A stretch of 52,500 bases of DNA, the filler included, from Sphacelaria rigidula (taxonomy: Eukaryota): assembly GCA_964200075.2 (NCBI GenBank). It is 4 parts of 4 records of this genome, joined end to end, with 100 filler letters (N's around TTAATTAATTAA, not from the genome) between each part and the next. Parts side by side here need not be neighbours in the genome. Positions count along the whole stretch, not along the records: positions 13,152 to 26,201 come from CAXNAA020003201.1; 3 more parts are not named here. One strand, given 5' to 3'. The notes beneath the pieces are model-generated. The model ran no database searches and had not been told where the DNA came from. It saw nothing but the letters and a program-made list of their open reading frames with translations. A program made the translations under genes and the position numbers. Of the stretch, positions 13,052 to 26,301 are shown piece by piece; the first letter of the stretch is position 1, and every line of letters starts with the position of its first letter.

Positions 13052-13151
13052 NNNNNNNNNNNNNNNNNNNNNNNNNNNNNNNNNNNNNNNNNNNNTTAAT
13101 TAATTAANNNNNNNNNNNNNNNNNNNNNNNNNNNNNNNNNNNNNNNNNNNN
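13052..13151. other. Artificial contig spacer (44N-TTAATTAATTAA-44N)
   Basis: Identical 100-bp construct occurs three times. TTAATTAATTAA gives stops in all six frames. Confidence 0.97.
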
Positions 13152-15637
13152 GGTTCTCATCCTCAATCAATAGCACCATCCTCAATATAGATGATTGGCT
13201 GTTTACAGCAGTATCAGCGGCATGTAACGTAACGTGCCGGGTACATGGGTAATGTCGCACGACGAAACGTGGACCGCCTCCCGCACGAAAAGCAGCAGAA
13301 GCAGCAGCAGTATCAGTATCATATTTATTGCCAGTAAATGTACGCGGCTGGAGGTGGGTCTGAATCAGCCGGTGCCGATGCTGGTGGTGCTGCTCTTCAT
13401 CTTAGGCGGTCCGCGTTACGACCGTGCGACAACACCCACGCACCTTGCGAGTGACAGTCACCGTGCTGGACAGCGCTGGGTACGTACTACCCGCCGATGG
13501 GTCCATGCTTACTCGGCGAAGTTGTTGGAGATATGGCTGTGCGCATCTCTGTGTAGGAGCTGTGCACATGGAGTGTTCCCCACTCGTGGTTACTACAAAA
13601 AGAGAGCAGCTGATGCATACCGTATACAGTCCGTTCAGGTTCTAAAAAACACTGCAGAATTGTGTCGTGTTCAGTATGGTATCCTGTACTCCATATAATG
13701 GGGTCACGTTTTGAGCAGTTTGTGGGAAAGTCCTGCTTTTTTTTTTTTCAAAGTATTTAAAAAAAAACGAGACAGTTTTCTGTCACAGAAATCTAATGCC
13801 GAATCTGGAATAGCCTGAGACAACAATCAATTTGAAGATTGGAATGCGTCTGATACAAACGATTGTCCACCATTCAAAGGTGAGCATATTTTGAACAAAG
13901 TGTACACATATCGTGACCCTCACATGATCAGCACTTGATTTACAGCTCGACCCATGTTTGTTCCCCGGGGGAGGTAGGCCTCGGCGGTTGGTGAGTGGTG
14001 CCTCGGGTTTGTAGTTCATCGTCCCCTGCGCCACATGCGACTTGCCACGTTACGTTGCCCTTGTAACGGGCTGTCCTGCAGAAGTGCGAGAGATCATGTT
14101 TTTCAGGAGCTCCGAGGACACCTTCTAGGTAAAAACATTCATTCGAAAATGTTCTGCTGGGTGTGGTATCGAAGTGACAAACTGCAGGGTGCAATTGCTG
14201 TTCTGTCTTGTTGTGCCGTTAGTACTTCTTCGTGTTGCGGATCAGACAAACCTCGAATGTAGATACTTCATGTTATTTGACACTCCGGCGCCTGAACCTT
14301 CTGGTGAGATCTCCGCAGACATTTCCTGTCTCCCCTCCTGCCAAGGCACGTGTGCAAACCACTCAGCGTCGAAAATCCGAACCCGGGAAACACCGCATGG
14401 CGTCGCCGCAGCCACAGCACTGTGTCCCAACATCCAACAGTAAATCGCTCTCCTCTATAAAAACATACACATCATACCAAACACATTGCCGTCGCCAAAA
14501 CAACGCGAACGCCAAGCGGCCGCGAATATCCGTCACAAGAGTACCTACGAAGATTGTGGCACGAGCAAAAAAAATAATGGAACCACGTCTGGGATTCATC
14601 CATCAATTGAACACGCTAGTTCAACAGATTCACACCCCCTGCGCGATTCAGGGACTATGCTGCATTCCTAGCTCTCCAGTTCCACCATACAAGCAACAGC
14701 AAGACTTACCCCAGAATTTCACAACTGAACAACCGTAAAAACAGGAACGCGACAAAATTTCTCTAGAACAAACAACGTAAGCCTTTCCAGGCTTGTCCAG
14801 TGCATTGTAATTCGTACGAGGCCATTGAATTAACCACGACGCACATCTTGGAGAAAGAACGGGATTATGATTTAAAAAACAGGAGGAGTATCAATGAGCA
14901 CCACTGGGTTAACCACACTGCTTCGCTTTCACCATTTGGTTATTGGATGGGGCGACATCGCCTTACGGCAGAACCGGCAACGCAGTCGGCACTAAAAAGC
15001 GGCAAAAATCTTCCCGATCCAACCTGAAATTCAAGCAACCCCAAATGAGCTTCCGGCCCCTCCGCCCCCGGCCCCTCTGTGATCATTTGTTCGTTGAGTT
15101 TCATTTGTGATTTGTACTCATCTCCGTCCGCCTCACCTTTACATACGATGAATTCAACACTACAAAAACGGTATCACTGCCCACACAGCGAGTGGCACAA
15201 CAGCTCACAACAACTACGGTGTCGCAAAACGCAGCGGCTGCCGCTACACCGGTACACAAAGAAAAAGAGTTCGTCGCATTAGCCACCACAGTTCAAAGTA
15301 TCCACACTCACCTTTCCCCCCTGCTATTCGGTACAATACTCCACTTCTTCAAAGCTTCAATACTCCGGGAATAAGACCCACCACAGAGCTCCTCGAACAA
15401 TAATCCAGCTGTATGCCCGCTTGAGCACATATCATTTTTCGAACTCCCCTCCCCGACAGGTGTGCGCCAACTCCCTGATCTTTGATTGAGGTATTATGTA
15501 CCCAACGCGCTATACCATCCGAATTCACCTCACCTCACCACTCCCCACATATTGCACCAGCGAAGAGTGGCTCACCTTTCGCACTAACAACTGACGGCTG
15601 CATCGGTCAGCGGCCAACACACGAACCGTATAAGAGG

Positions 15638-16837
15638 TTAAATAATAGTCACGACTCTGGCACCCTGCCCCAGCGGGCAAGGGCACGGGGACCGCCTCCG
15701 GGCGCCGCGTTTTTTGCCAGGCCATGTATCGACGCCGTAAACAGCGTGGTCGAACATGCAGCCGACCATCAGCTGTTGCAGGGTCGATGGCCACGATACC
15801 CCACCTATCGCCTGATTGAAGCAATGCCCGAACACCGCCTGGCGGAGGCCTGACGGCCAGACAACGGTGTCCAACGGCTGGTTGAAGTGATACCCGAATC
15901 GTATCCGCACAAGCGTGGACGGCCACACAACGCCGTGCACGGGTTGGTTGAAGTTGGCCCCGAACGTCAACCGCCGAAGGGTGCTTGGCCACTCCACGGC
16001 GCCGATGGGCTGATTGAATTGCCGGCCGAAGGACAGCTGCCGAAGGGCTGGCGGCCACGATACATCCGCACTGCTGATGGGTTGGTTGAAAGTGTCTCCG
16101 AAGGAGAGGTGCTGCAGGGAAGGCGGCCACTGGACGGCCGAAATCGCCTGGTTAAACTCGTACCCGAACGAGATCTTCCGCAGGGCAGACCCCGCCGGCC
16201 ACAGCACCCTATCGATCGGTTGGTTGAAGTACCACCCGAACGTGAGCGTCTGAAGCGACGGCGGCCACGTTACTTTTTCCACGGGACCGTTAAACGCGTC
16301 CCCGATGGATAGTTGCTGCAGCGATGCCGGCCACTTCACGCGATCGATCGGCTGGTTGAAAAACGCACCGAACGTCAACCGCTTCAGGCTGGCGGGCCAC
16401 ACCACCTTGTCGATCGGCTGATTACACGCGTCTCCAAACGTCAGCTCGCGCAGCGAGGCAGGCCACTTGACCGCCTCCACGTTCCGATCCAACCCTCCTC
16501 CCACAATAAAACATTCTACCCCCATCAGTCGACCGACGCAGCTCGACAGCACCTCAAGCGGAATCTTCCACGTTACAGTGCGCGGAAGCACAAGCGGCAC
16601 GCGGGTCGGCTTCTTCGACCTGCGCGTGTTGTGTATTGGCTTTGCGATCGGCGGAGGCGCGGGCGCCCACAAAGCTCGCGGCGTGCGGTCCAAAACTCGC
16701 ACGTGCAGCGTCCGGAACTTTCGGCAGGCTGTGCAAAAACTCAGCGACGCCAATTGGAGATCCTTAGTGGACATGAACGATCGATCGCCCCCGCAGGTCT
16801 GCTCTACGACAATGGTGAAGGCGTCCAAACATAGCAA
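15638..16837 (-). CDS. FNIP/IP22 (22-aa LRR-like) repeat protein; start codon uncertain
   Basis: About 11-12 tandem repeats of consensus LxxLxFGxxFNQPIxxVxWPxS in one open frame. N-terminal segment is loosely F-box-like. ORF starts at TTG. The upstream ATG at 16848 is out of frame; the first in-frame ATG gives MSTKDL. Confidence 0.85.
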   Translation of the reverse strand: MLCLDAFTIVVEQTCGGDRSFMSTKDLQLASLSFCTACRKFRTLHVRVLDRTPRALWAPAPPPIAKPIHNTRRSKKPTRVPLVLPRTVTWKIPLEVLSSCVGRLMGVECFIVGGGLDRNVEAVKWPASLRELTFGDACNQPIDKVVWPASLKRLTFGAFFNQPIDRVKWPASLQQLSIGDAFNGPVEKVTWPPSLQTLTFGWYFNQPIDRVLWPAGSALRKISFGYEFNQAISAVQWPPSLQHLSFGDTFNQPISSADVSWPPALRQLSFGRQFNQPIGAVEWPSTLRRLTFGANFNQPVHGVVWPSTLVRIRFGYHFNQPLDTVVWPSGLRQAVFGHCFNQAIGGVSWPSTLQQLMVGCMFDHAVYGVDTWPGKKRGARRRSPCPCPLGQGARVVTII

Positions 16838-19800
16838 CTCCGCTTCATAAATTTAAAAAACATACAATTCAAATGGAGCGTATGCGCAGAGTGCGGCAAG
16901 GGGAGAGAGGGAGAGGGGGGAAAGGGGTTGCAGGTTCAACCGTGGTGCTATTCAGCGAAATAAAAACGCGTGGTCATGCGGTTCGCTGGACGAATATCCA
17001 AATATGTGAAGTGGCATATCTCACCAACGGCAGAAGAAGACTTTGAAGTTCTCACGTCGACATGGGTGAACGTGAAATCTCCGGGCGGAAGCACGCACCG
17101 GAAGCAGGCCGTACCGAGTCGGGAGATCTATCCATCTCACGGTTTTTCTAACCTCATACGTATATCATATCGACTTAGGCAGGAGACGATGCTCAAAAAA
17201 ACGAGAGGCAATAGCCACGAACTTTGCAAATCGGAAAGACAACACTTGCAGACAAACAAAGATATTTACGGAGCAAGCACCGGTCTGACATGAACTCGCT
17301 GTTTATTTCAATACGACATATTCGATACGACCGCAACATTCAGGACTTTATTTTTGTTTCGTTTTGCTTCCTTTCAACTTTCAACGTGTGATTTTGCTTG
17401 ATTGATTGTCGCATTTTCACTGATCCTCAGGAGTCATGATCCAGTCGTGGTCGTTGTCCACATGATAAACGTACCCGAGACAAAACAAAACTGAAACGCT
17501 CGCTGAAGAAAGGTGAAGAAGACAAAGAAAAAACAAACAGAACACAAAGAGAGTGGAGTACGAAGAGGAGACAGAACAGAAATGCACAACGGCAACGAAA
17601 AAAGAGAGAAGAAATAACCTAGATTGGCCGGTCGCTGCCACGTGGCTTCGGTGGAAGCATGTTTGTGACAGATACAATCGGTAGCGGCAGGACCCTCAAC
17701 ACGGACGTGACCAGCGACCGCAGGAACCATACATCTGAAAAACTAGTGTTCGTACGATCCGTCCGGTACAGCACAAATACTTGTGGGTGAAATTAATTCG
17801 TTAATTTGAGCCGTATGAACCAGAGGTCGAATCAAAAGTATAGAAGATGCACACGTGTCATTCGTGCTGTTATTCGTGCGTTCACGACGCATCACTCACG
17901 TGAAACCATGTACAGAGGTGAGCGGTCCAACTATTTCGGGGGGTTTCGGGGGTTTTCTCGCGTCCTACTCTTCGATAGAAGTCGAAATTGCTAGTGTCAG
18001 TAGATTTTGGTACAACGCAACATATCATTCTCGAAACAAAGTGCCCGAGTGAGTGTATGTTGGTGTTATCGGGCGAAACGAGTAAATACCCCGTTCATCA
18101 GGAGGGTGTTATTGACCGTGAAATACAGTTTTTCGGCCCTAGTGCAATGAGTAGGCAGAATTTCAAAAAAACGAAACCGTACATTTCTTTAGAAATGTGA
18201 TCAGGGCGGGCTCGATCGACCGAAAATACAGGAGAGTACGAATCTGGGCTGAAACGTGGCAGGACCCCCGATGCCTGGTCAGCCCGTAAGTCACTTGATT
18301 TTGATAACAGATGAATTTTTTCTCTTGGAATGTGGAGCGGATACAACTATCTTCAGATTCCCGATGTGATGAGCGGTGGCAAGCGAAAAGAGCCGAAGAA
18401 AATCGCCAATTACGAAAAAAATCACAAAATGTCACAAAATGAATAGTTAGACCGCCCACTACTGAAGTGTGATTTATGCTCATGGCTCGTGCTGTATGAA
18501 TCACGGGCGCAGGGAACACACGAATGATCCGTGCGACCGAATGATATGCAGGGAGGGGTACCTACAGTCGGACCACCCACACACACGGCTCCGGGTTTTT
18601 GCAAAGAATTGTACAGCACTAATTACAGGTGGGCAAGATGACATATGATCTGTGCTCTACAAATCACTTCCGGTGAAAATGAACGTATCGCTAGGGCTGT
18701 AAGAAATACGAGCGGGGAAGTATATGCGAAAACACCGTACTGAACGGTATCACCAGCGAAAAATGACGCATGAATGACAACGTTTGTCCGAATCACATTA
18801 CTGATTCCGTTCGAAAGGTGCGTACGGACGAAGCATGACTTGCTGTGTCTCATCAGCGCATCACGATAAACGTCTTTTTTAAACCAAAATATGACCACAG
18901 CGCAATACGTCTCCAGACTGCAGACTGGACGCTACAGCTAGACTAAACCCAAGCTATGTTCGCATCTTGTCATGCTCCGGCGCCGAAAACGATAGGACGT
19001 GAGTCACACCAAAAGCATATTCGGGCGACAGTCGACGCAGTGCGGGAGTGTTCGGTCATGATCCAACCCAAGACCGTAGCGAGAAAAAAAAAAGAAGCCG
19101 ACAGTTCCCCAAAAGAATGCAGCTACTCCACACTGAATCCTCCTGTTCACCTTGGTGCGCCTTCATGTCGATCGCATCAAAATCTTGCACAGCTGTAGCG
19201 CCATCTCGCACCATTTTTCTGAATCAAATATCGGTTGTTCACCGCGTGCTGATGGGTCTGCACCGCCAGCGTCGTCTCTCCAGCGCCGACCGGCCTCCGT
19301 TTCCTGAGGAACATGGGTTTCAATTTTGTTCAGAGAGGGAGAGAGAGGAGCAGTTTGATAGGAGTAAAAGAATATTTGGCGTGCCTTGTTCTCGAAAACT
19401 CAACTTGGGCTTCGCGTCGCACTTTTCGTGTGACACAGCTGCGCCCGGTGGCCGAACTGATACAGCAGCCTCAAATTACACAGTTACGAGTTCGTAACCC
19501 GATATGACCAGCTTTTTTGTGAGTTAACTGACCTTTTTTTTGTGCATAATTCGGCATTTTTTTGCCCCCGTTATATGACGTGGTTCCCGTTTTTTACAAA
19601 TTTTTTAGAACCAACGATTTCCCTTCAGTTGCAAGAGGTGATTACTGCGTTTTCGTGCGACGCCTAGTCCAAAACATTTACGAAGCGGTTTTTCTCGCGT
19701 CAGGGTGGCTTTGGATTATTGTTCAGGGCCTATCTAAAGCATCCGTCTGCTTCTGGGGAGGCCCCAGTGCAGGAAATGCACAATCAGCACTTTTCTTTCC

Positions 19801-20433
19801 TCCCCAAGTGTGGAAATTGATCACCAGTGAGAATTGGATGGAGAACAAGCGTTGCAGCGCGGTCCCAGGTGAACAGAATAATACGTGGTACCGATGGTTT
19901 TCCTGTAACTGGACCGCCAGATAAGCGGAAAATAATGCAAAGGTGCGGGAGTATTGACGAAATCGACGGTGTGTACATGTAAGGCTAGGGTGAGCAGTAT
20001 GTGGGTTGATCGCTCGATACGCGGGCTCATCCGGGGGAAGGAGAATTCTCACAAGTCAGGACGACTCGCATATCACGATGAAGCGCGATTATATTATCCA
20101 CGCGTCAACAGCACACACACCACGTACAGTGGGATGAATAGCACACGTGAATGATGGTTGGAATGCACATTTGAAGTGACCCGTCAATAATCTTGCACCT
20201 GTTCACCAAAGGCGAGCGCAAATGAAACCCTCATTCTACAACCAACACACCCGACCTAAAATATTACCAGCATAACATTACCGAGCACTCGTCTTGATCC
20301 TTCCACTTCGCGCGTGTCGACGGAAACACACGCCACCGCCCGTCCGGGAATAGCGTCATCATGCAATCCCATCTTATGCACGGGCATGGACAACCCGCCC
20401 CCAACCGCTGACCCAAGGACCCAAGTTAACGCA

Positions 20434-20468
<35 letters not shown>

Positions 20469-21061
20469 ACCCCCCCACTAACCCCCCCCCCCCCCCCCCC
20501 CCCCCCACCCCCCTCCTTATCCTTGGCACCCATGAGTCAGTGTATACCCGTGGCTGTCTTTTGAAGCCGCGAGATCAAAACATTGAAGAACTCATGGTGG
20601 GCTGTCATCCGTAACGATCATCAGTACGCTTCGACCCGACAAACAGTTGCAGGGTGCACCCCACCCTTCATGCGACTCGCCGAGCACACGACGGCGCGTA
20701 GCGCTTCGTGATTTCGAGCCTGATCCGTCACCCCCAGCCTAGAACTATTTCCTCAAGTTATGAACATACCATCTCTCACGGAAAGAAAGGATGAACGTTA
20801 TACTCGTCATCAGAACCCTGTTACTACCCGATGTCACCAGTCTTCAGAGGAGAAAAGCTCTACCTTTCGTAGCCACTAAACTAAACCCTTGCATTTCATC
20901 ATCTCGTATCTCCTGGCAAAAAAAAACATACCTTCTTTCACTTTACATTCGTGGTCAGCACCCTCTCATTACCCTACATCACCCCGCAAACAATACAAAG
21001 ACAACAGCCATTACTTCAAAGACAACCTAATACCCTCCGTCCTCTCCCTTGATAGAAGCAT

Positions 21062-23921
21062 TCACTGGCGCTCAATGAACGCCGACTCCATGTCGATGAT
21101 GTTGCGGTGTGCTTTCGATATCTTCCGCATTTTCTCGAGCGTGTCCTTGCTGTCGGTCACCCCCTCGTTGTCAAGGGTAAAGTATGCCCAACAGAAGTCC
21201 CGCGTGCGTCGTGCAAAGCGGCGTATTCGCTCCAGCGTGAGGAAAGTCTTCCCGCGTAGTGACCGCACTATGTTGCGGTGCAGATTCCTCGGGATTTCTT
21301 CATTGTTTTTGCGGCGATACACCTGTTTCGAGTTCTCCCAGGAATAGTCTATCCCGACGTCGGCAACTTCCCGATAAAACTTCGGCGACATCAGAAGGAT
21401 GTGTCCGCGGCTCTCGGCAACACTCTGCAGCGCACTCTTCTCCTGCTTGAAATCCGGCAAATTAGCGAGTACAGGGGTGGCGTTCATATCTGCAGGTACT
21501 TTATCCGACGTGAACATACCTGGCTTGCACAAGCCACGCTCTCACAACACTTGCTTGATGCCCTCGGGTGCCCCAATATAGCCCATGTCTACAACTTCTT
21601 CTCGCACTCCCTGTCACCACCTGCCTGTGAGCCCTGCCCCCCCCTCCCCCCCCCCCGACACCCGGCCTTTGGACGACTTGTCGCTCTTGCGCTGTATCCT
21701 CCTCTCGATCCGGGACTTAGGGGCGCCCCAGTCGTAAAACGGAGGCGGGTCATTCGTCGAAAATGACGATGTCTGCATCCCGCCCACTTTTGGCTTCGAC
21801 ACAACTGTGTCCACTGTGACCCCGCACAAAGTTCGTGCTCCAAGTCTCCCCGCCCAAGTGTATCTCCGCTTCTTCGCCCAGACAGCCATCGGTAATGTTC
21901 GTGTCACGCATTTTCCTTTGTTTCCCCTCCCCACTTCAAGTTCATGTTCGGCACATGAAGACCATCTTCTCGAAACTTGGCGTGCCGGGCCGAGTGGCCG
22001 ACCTCCATGACGATTTGCGTATCCTCAGTTGAGGCGCTTCGAGGCACTCCAGCACGTCCATCACCTAAGCCTCGAACTTCTCATAGCCCCAGTATCCTTC
22101 TTTGTTCTTCCCAGGCCGGAAGAATCTCACACCAGGGGTTCCCTTCAAGGCTGCGCGCCCCCGCTCCTCTCGGAAGGCATTAACACGCTCCAGCTCTGAT
22201 TTGGACAATGGCGGACCGAAATCATGTTTGTCTTGAAACGTTGACACCATCTCCCCCGCCCCTTCTGTCTTCTCCCTCATCCTGCGCACTCCCTAGACCA
22301 CCCACGTTCTTCACCGTAACGCATACGATTTGAAGTATGATTTGTCTTGCCCAGAGTGAAACACTCTTGACTTGCACTTACACGTGTCGGGCGCATGGTC
22401 GTACTCACAGGGAACAGCTGCGGCTGCACTGAAGCGAACGCTCGTACAAGCACCCGCTGTTCCCAACTGTCGGCGTAGCTCATCGTGCCGAGCGTCGGAG
22501 CCGTTGCCCAGGAATTCGACGTGGACCTCGATGTAGCTGATACCATTTACCTGGTTATATGTGTCGGCCCAGAACGCCTCCTCGCCCGTTTCGCGCATCT
22601 CCTCGAACGCGGCAAGCTCTTCCGGCGTCAGGTGATCCTTCCTCACCAAATACCAGCAGTGCTGCCGCAGTTGAAGTGTCCACCTCTTCCTCACGTACTC
22701 CTTACGGCTGGCGACAACGTTCGGCCTCTCCTTGCCATCGGTGTCGTAGGACTGCGTGTTTTGCTCATACTTGCATCTCAACTTCCGCATCCACACGTTC
22801 ACCGTGGACGTCGAAATAGGGAGGCCAAGACCATACTCCGTCAATTTCGCCATTCCTTCCCGCGCCAGTAGTCCGTTGTTGATGTAATTGTGGGTTGCAC
22901 GTGTCGGTACACGCTTCTGCTCCTTCAGCCAAGTCAGCAGTTGTAGCCGGAGATCGTCGGAGTTCGGGATCCAATCCCTCTCGTCCTTGCCCCTGCCGTC
23001 AACCTAGAACTAGCCGCCGAGGTCCCGGAACTGACGAAGCCATGCGATAATGGTGTGATGGTTGAGACCATGCACCATATCCTTCGATACACGTTCGGCT
23101 ATCAACAACAACTGCGAAGGCGTGCGTCGAATGAGCTCTGCATCATACAGTGCTTCGGTCACCACTTTATCCGCTGCCTTCTGCGCGGCTGGCGTGCGAG
23201 CACAATTGTGTTGGGCTTCTTTGACGCGTTTGAGGCGAGAGAGTTGCAATAGATCTCGGTCACGTATGTCGGCAATAACTCCTTTCACCGCTAAAGCCTG
23301 ACGTCTTGCGCATCGGAGTATGCCTTCGACCCATTCTCGTTCCCCTCTTCTTCCGTCGCAGACTGCCCCATGATATCCCTCACTGAATCGTCGATATCAT
23401 CAACGCAACTTAGTGAGGTGATCTCACCCAAAAGCGCGTTCTGTAGTCGTGCTAGTTGAGACTTCGTTCCCTCCACACGTGACTCCATTTCTCGCACACG
23501 CTTCCGAACGTAGCTTCGGCGCTTCTGAAATTCCTTGTCCACCTTTGGATTATTTTTCCGCCATACTCAGAGCCTCTGACATCATCCATTGTCTGCGTGT
23601 CACTTTATAACCCTGTGTCCGCTTTTTCCGAATCTCACGCCGTTGTACAGCATTGAGTCTACCGATAGCGTTCAGCGACTTTCCTGTGGAGAAGGTGGAG
23701 AGGGACACGAAAGGGCGAAAAATGTGTGCTTGAACTGCATGGGGAACTCGCCACTCTGAAGCCGCCCACAACATAACGGTCGTGTCGACGATGAAGCGAC
23801 GAGGGTTATTGGAAGCACAAATATCGAGAGGACCGTGCTGCACAAATGTATCGCGTATCGCACGGTGCACGAAGTGGAGGCCGTCAACTCTGCCAGTGAC
23901 ATTGTGCGCAGTTGTGCTCAA
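21062..23921 (-). pseudogene. Degenerate DDE transposase of the IS630/Tc1-mariner-like group
   Basis: Colinear motifs across broken frames: VNVWMRKLRCKY, HSGQDKSYFK (first D), PGKNKEGYW, VMEVGHSARHAK..DGLHVPNMNLKWGGEQRKMRDT (second D replaced by G), GIKQVL*ERG, PDFKQEKSALQ..ESRGH..LMSPKFY.EVADVGIDYSW..SK..YRR. Inclusion of the 23010-23921 ORFs is inferred from strand and adjacency only. Confidence 0.75.
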
Positions 23922-25628
23922 GGCGGATCTCGGGGGCCGCTACTTCTGATTCCTCAAATGCTTGTTGCTTTGTTTCGATTCCACGTCCTCACATCGGCAT
24001 TCCACCAAGTGGCGATCATGCTGCGTACTCACGGCCCATACGACCTCCACTGGAGAGCTGTGTATCGACGGTCAAGACAGGAAAGGCATCCAGTCGCTGA
24101 GTGAATCACCCGTAGTAGGCGAAAATATTGTCTGAAATGATCAAGGTCTCGTTGAAAAGTAATAAACATGAACACCGCAGCGTGTTTTCGACGGTGAGAC
24201 CGTTTCTTACAGCAAAAAAAAAAGGCTGTGTCGGAGAAATGCCCCTTTGATCCTTTCATCATGGTTGTTTGGCAGAATGCGGGCCGTGGCGGATTGATCC
24301 TCTCCCGGAATATTTGTCATGCTTTCTACGGGGGCAATAGCGCACTTCCCCGGTCCTTATGTGCGTGCAGATTTACCCTTCGCCTGATTCTCGATTTTTC
24401 TTCAGTACTTCCACAAATATCGAGTTGTCGAGGACAGTACGAGTTCTTTCCCGACGCGTCAAACATTATTGGTGCTCCTAAAAAATCGGAAATCAGACCA
24501 CAAGCTAGACTGGGCGCACTCGAAAACGGGAAAATGCGCTACAATCATGTTGGAACGCATGGCACACAATACAGCGCCGAATTTCCCGTGGCCCGTATTC
24601 CGCCTAAGAACTGCGATGAAAGGCTCAAAATGGGCAATTCTCCGAGAGCCCGTTTTTAGACTACAAGAGGTTGTCTTCGTACAGTACGCAGATCATGCTG
24701 CAAGGAGTGTTTTCGTGTACAGTGTGTCATACCATGTGACTGCCATCTGCATATGAAATCAAGCGGCGCAACCATCCCTGCTATATCTTCACGCAGTTGA
24801 GAAGAGCGCTGTTCCACGGTTGTACAGGAACGTTGCATATCTGTATGTCCATCGCAGGGCTGAAAACTCCGCGCTTTGTGCACGACTTCATCTTCACACA
24901 CGAAGATAGCGAGTACACGAGGCGGCGTTGCGTGGCGTGCGCTGCCTCCTTCGTGACATGAGTAACAGAATTTCACGAAACGCGTCAAGAGTACATCAAC
25001 ACGGCTACCCCGTAGCCCATACTTCGCACACGGTAAGAGAACGAGGGCATGTACGCGTTGTGGAGACAGCTTTCAGGTCGTGTGCAGTCGAGCACCTGCA
25101 ACACTGATAGCCGAAATGTAGGTATCCTAAGGAAAATGACCACATGCACGATGTCATGCCCGTATCAGCAGTAGCGGTGCCCGCGTCTCAAGACACAGTC
25201 GTGCACGCGCTGTAGGAGCTGCACGGCGCTTTTGCTTCGACCAGTTCTCATGTCGAGCACGACCAACAACCTGCTATCGCAGAGTCTGGCCATGCCTTTT
25301 GCAGGAGCATGAACGGGGCGGAGGCAGTGCCAATTTCGCTCGGCAAACATAACCTGTAAAATTTCGGACGAACACTGCACAAGCGTTGCAGCATCACACC
25401 AGCTCTCGCCATTCCCATGAACTTGCCTTTCGGGAGTGGTCGCTCACGTTTCCTGCTGTTAGACAACGACATCGAGTGATGTTGTAGCGGTTGCAGAACT
25501 CTTCGGCCGGCGCCCTTAACCCTACGCCCAGCTTCGAAGCTCAACCTCCACCCGCGAGCCTCTGCTTCTGCTTCCTCCCGAATTTCGAAGGGTCTCGACC
25601 ATTTGGTGGCGGTCTTGCTTTTGTGGGG

Positions 25629-25664
<36 letters not shown>

Positions 25665-26201
25665 ATGGCGCTGTTCCAAGCAGTACTTTTCCCTTGGACG
25701 ATGATATATGACATTCGGCTCTGACGTCCTCTCCCATGATGGAGCTGTTGACGAACTTGATGCCATCTTGCAGCAGTACAGTACCAGTCAGTCTGCTTTC
25801 GGCTGCGCATATCTGGTGTTCGCCTGCCTGTGCGGCGAAACTTCCTATCGTGATTCCCCCGCATCTTGTGAAACGAAACGTCTCCAGACACGCCATCACA
25901 CAACGACTTGGGAAGTACTCGGTACTCAATGCAGTACAATATCATTACCGCCAAAACTGCACCAATCGAGCAGCGGCGGTGCCGTGTGTTACCAGGTTAG
26001 TCTGTAGTTCACAGGGATATGCTCAAATCGCGCTGATTTGGGAAACTTGAGGAGTTATGGTGTGGCTGGCCCAGCTCGTAGCAACAACTAATCGTTTGCA
26101 AAGCTATTGGGGGGGGGGGGGGGGGGAGGAAACCCCCCATAAATAATCATGGTTGGAATAATGGAGAAAGTTTTAATTGTTGTAAAAAAAGGGGAGTTGA
26201 A

Positions 26202-26301
26202 NNNNNNNNNNNNNNNNNNNNNNNNNNNNNNNNNNNNNNNNNNNNTTAATTAATTAANNNNNNNNNNNNNNNNNNNNNNNNNNNNNNNNNNNNNNNNNNN
26301 N
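26202..26301. other. Artificial contig spacer (44N-TTAATTAATTAA-44N)
   Basis: Same construct as 13052-13151. Confidence 0.97.

Noticed and set aside
20435-20515. Poly-C tract (also poly-G at ~25625-25663 and ~26109-26125, poly-C at ~39512-39534) as poly-Pro/Gly coding or a regulatory G-quadruplex
   Set aside because: Homopolymers with unreliable length, often near contig ends. No supporting gene context.
17750-24660. Terminal inverted repeats delimiting the DDE transposon
   Set aside because: I could not find matching inverted ends by eye, so element boundaries are left undefined.
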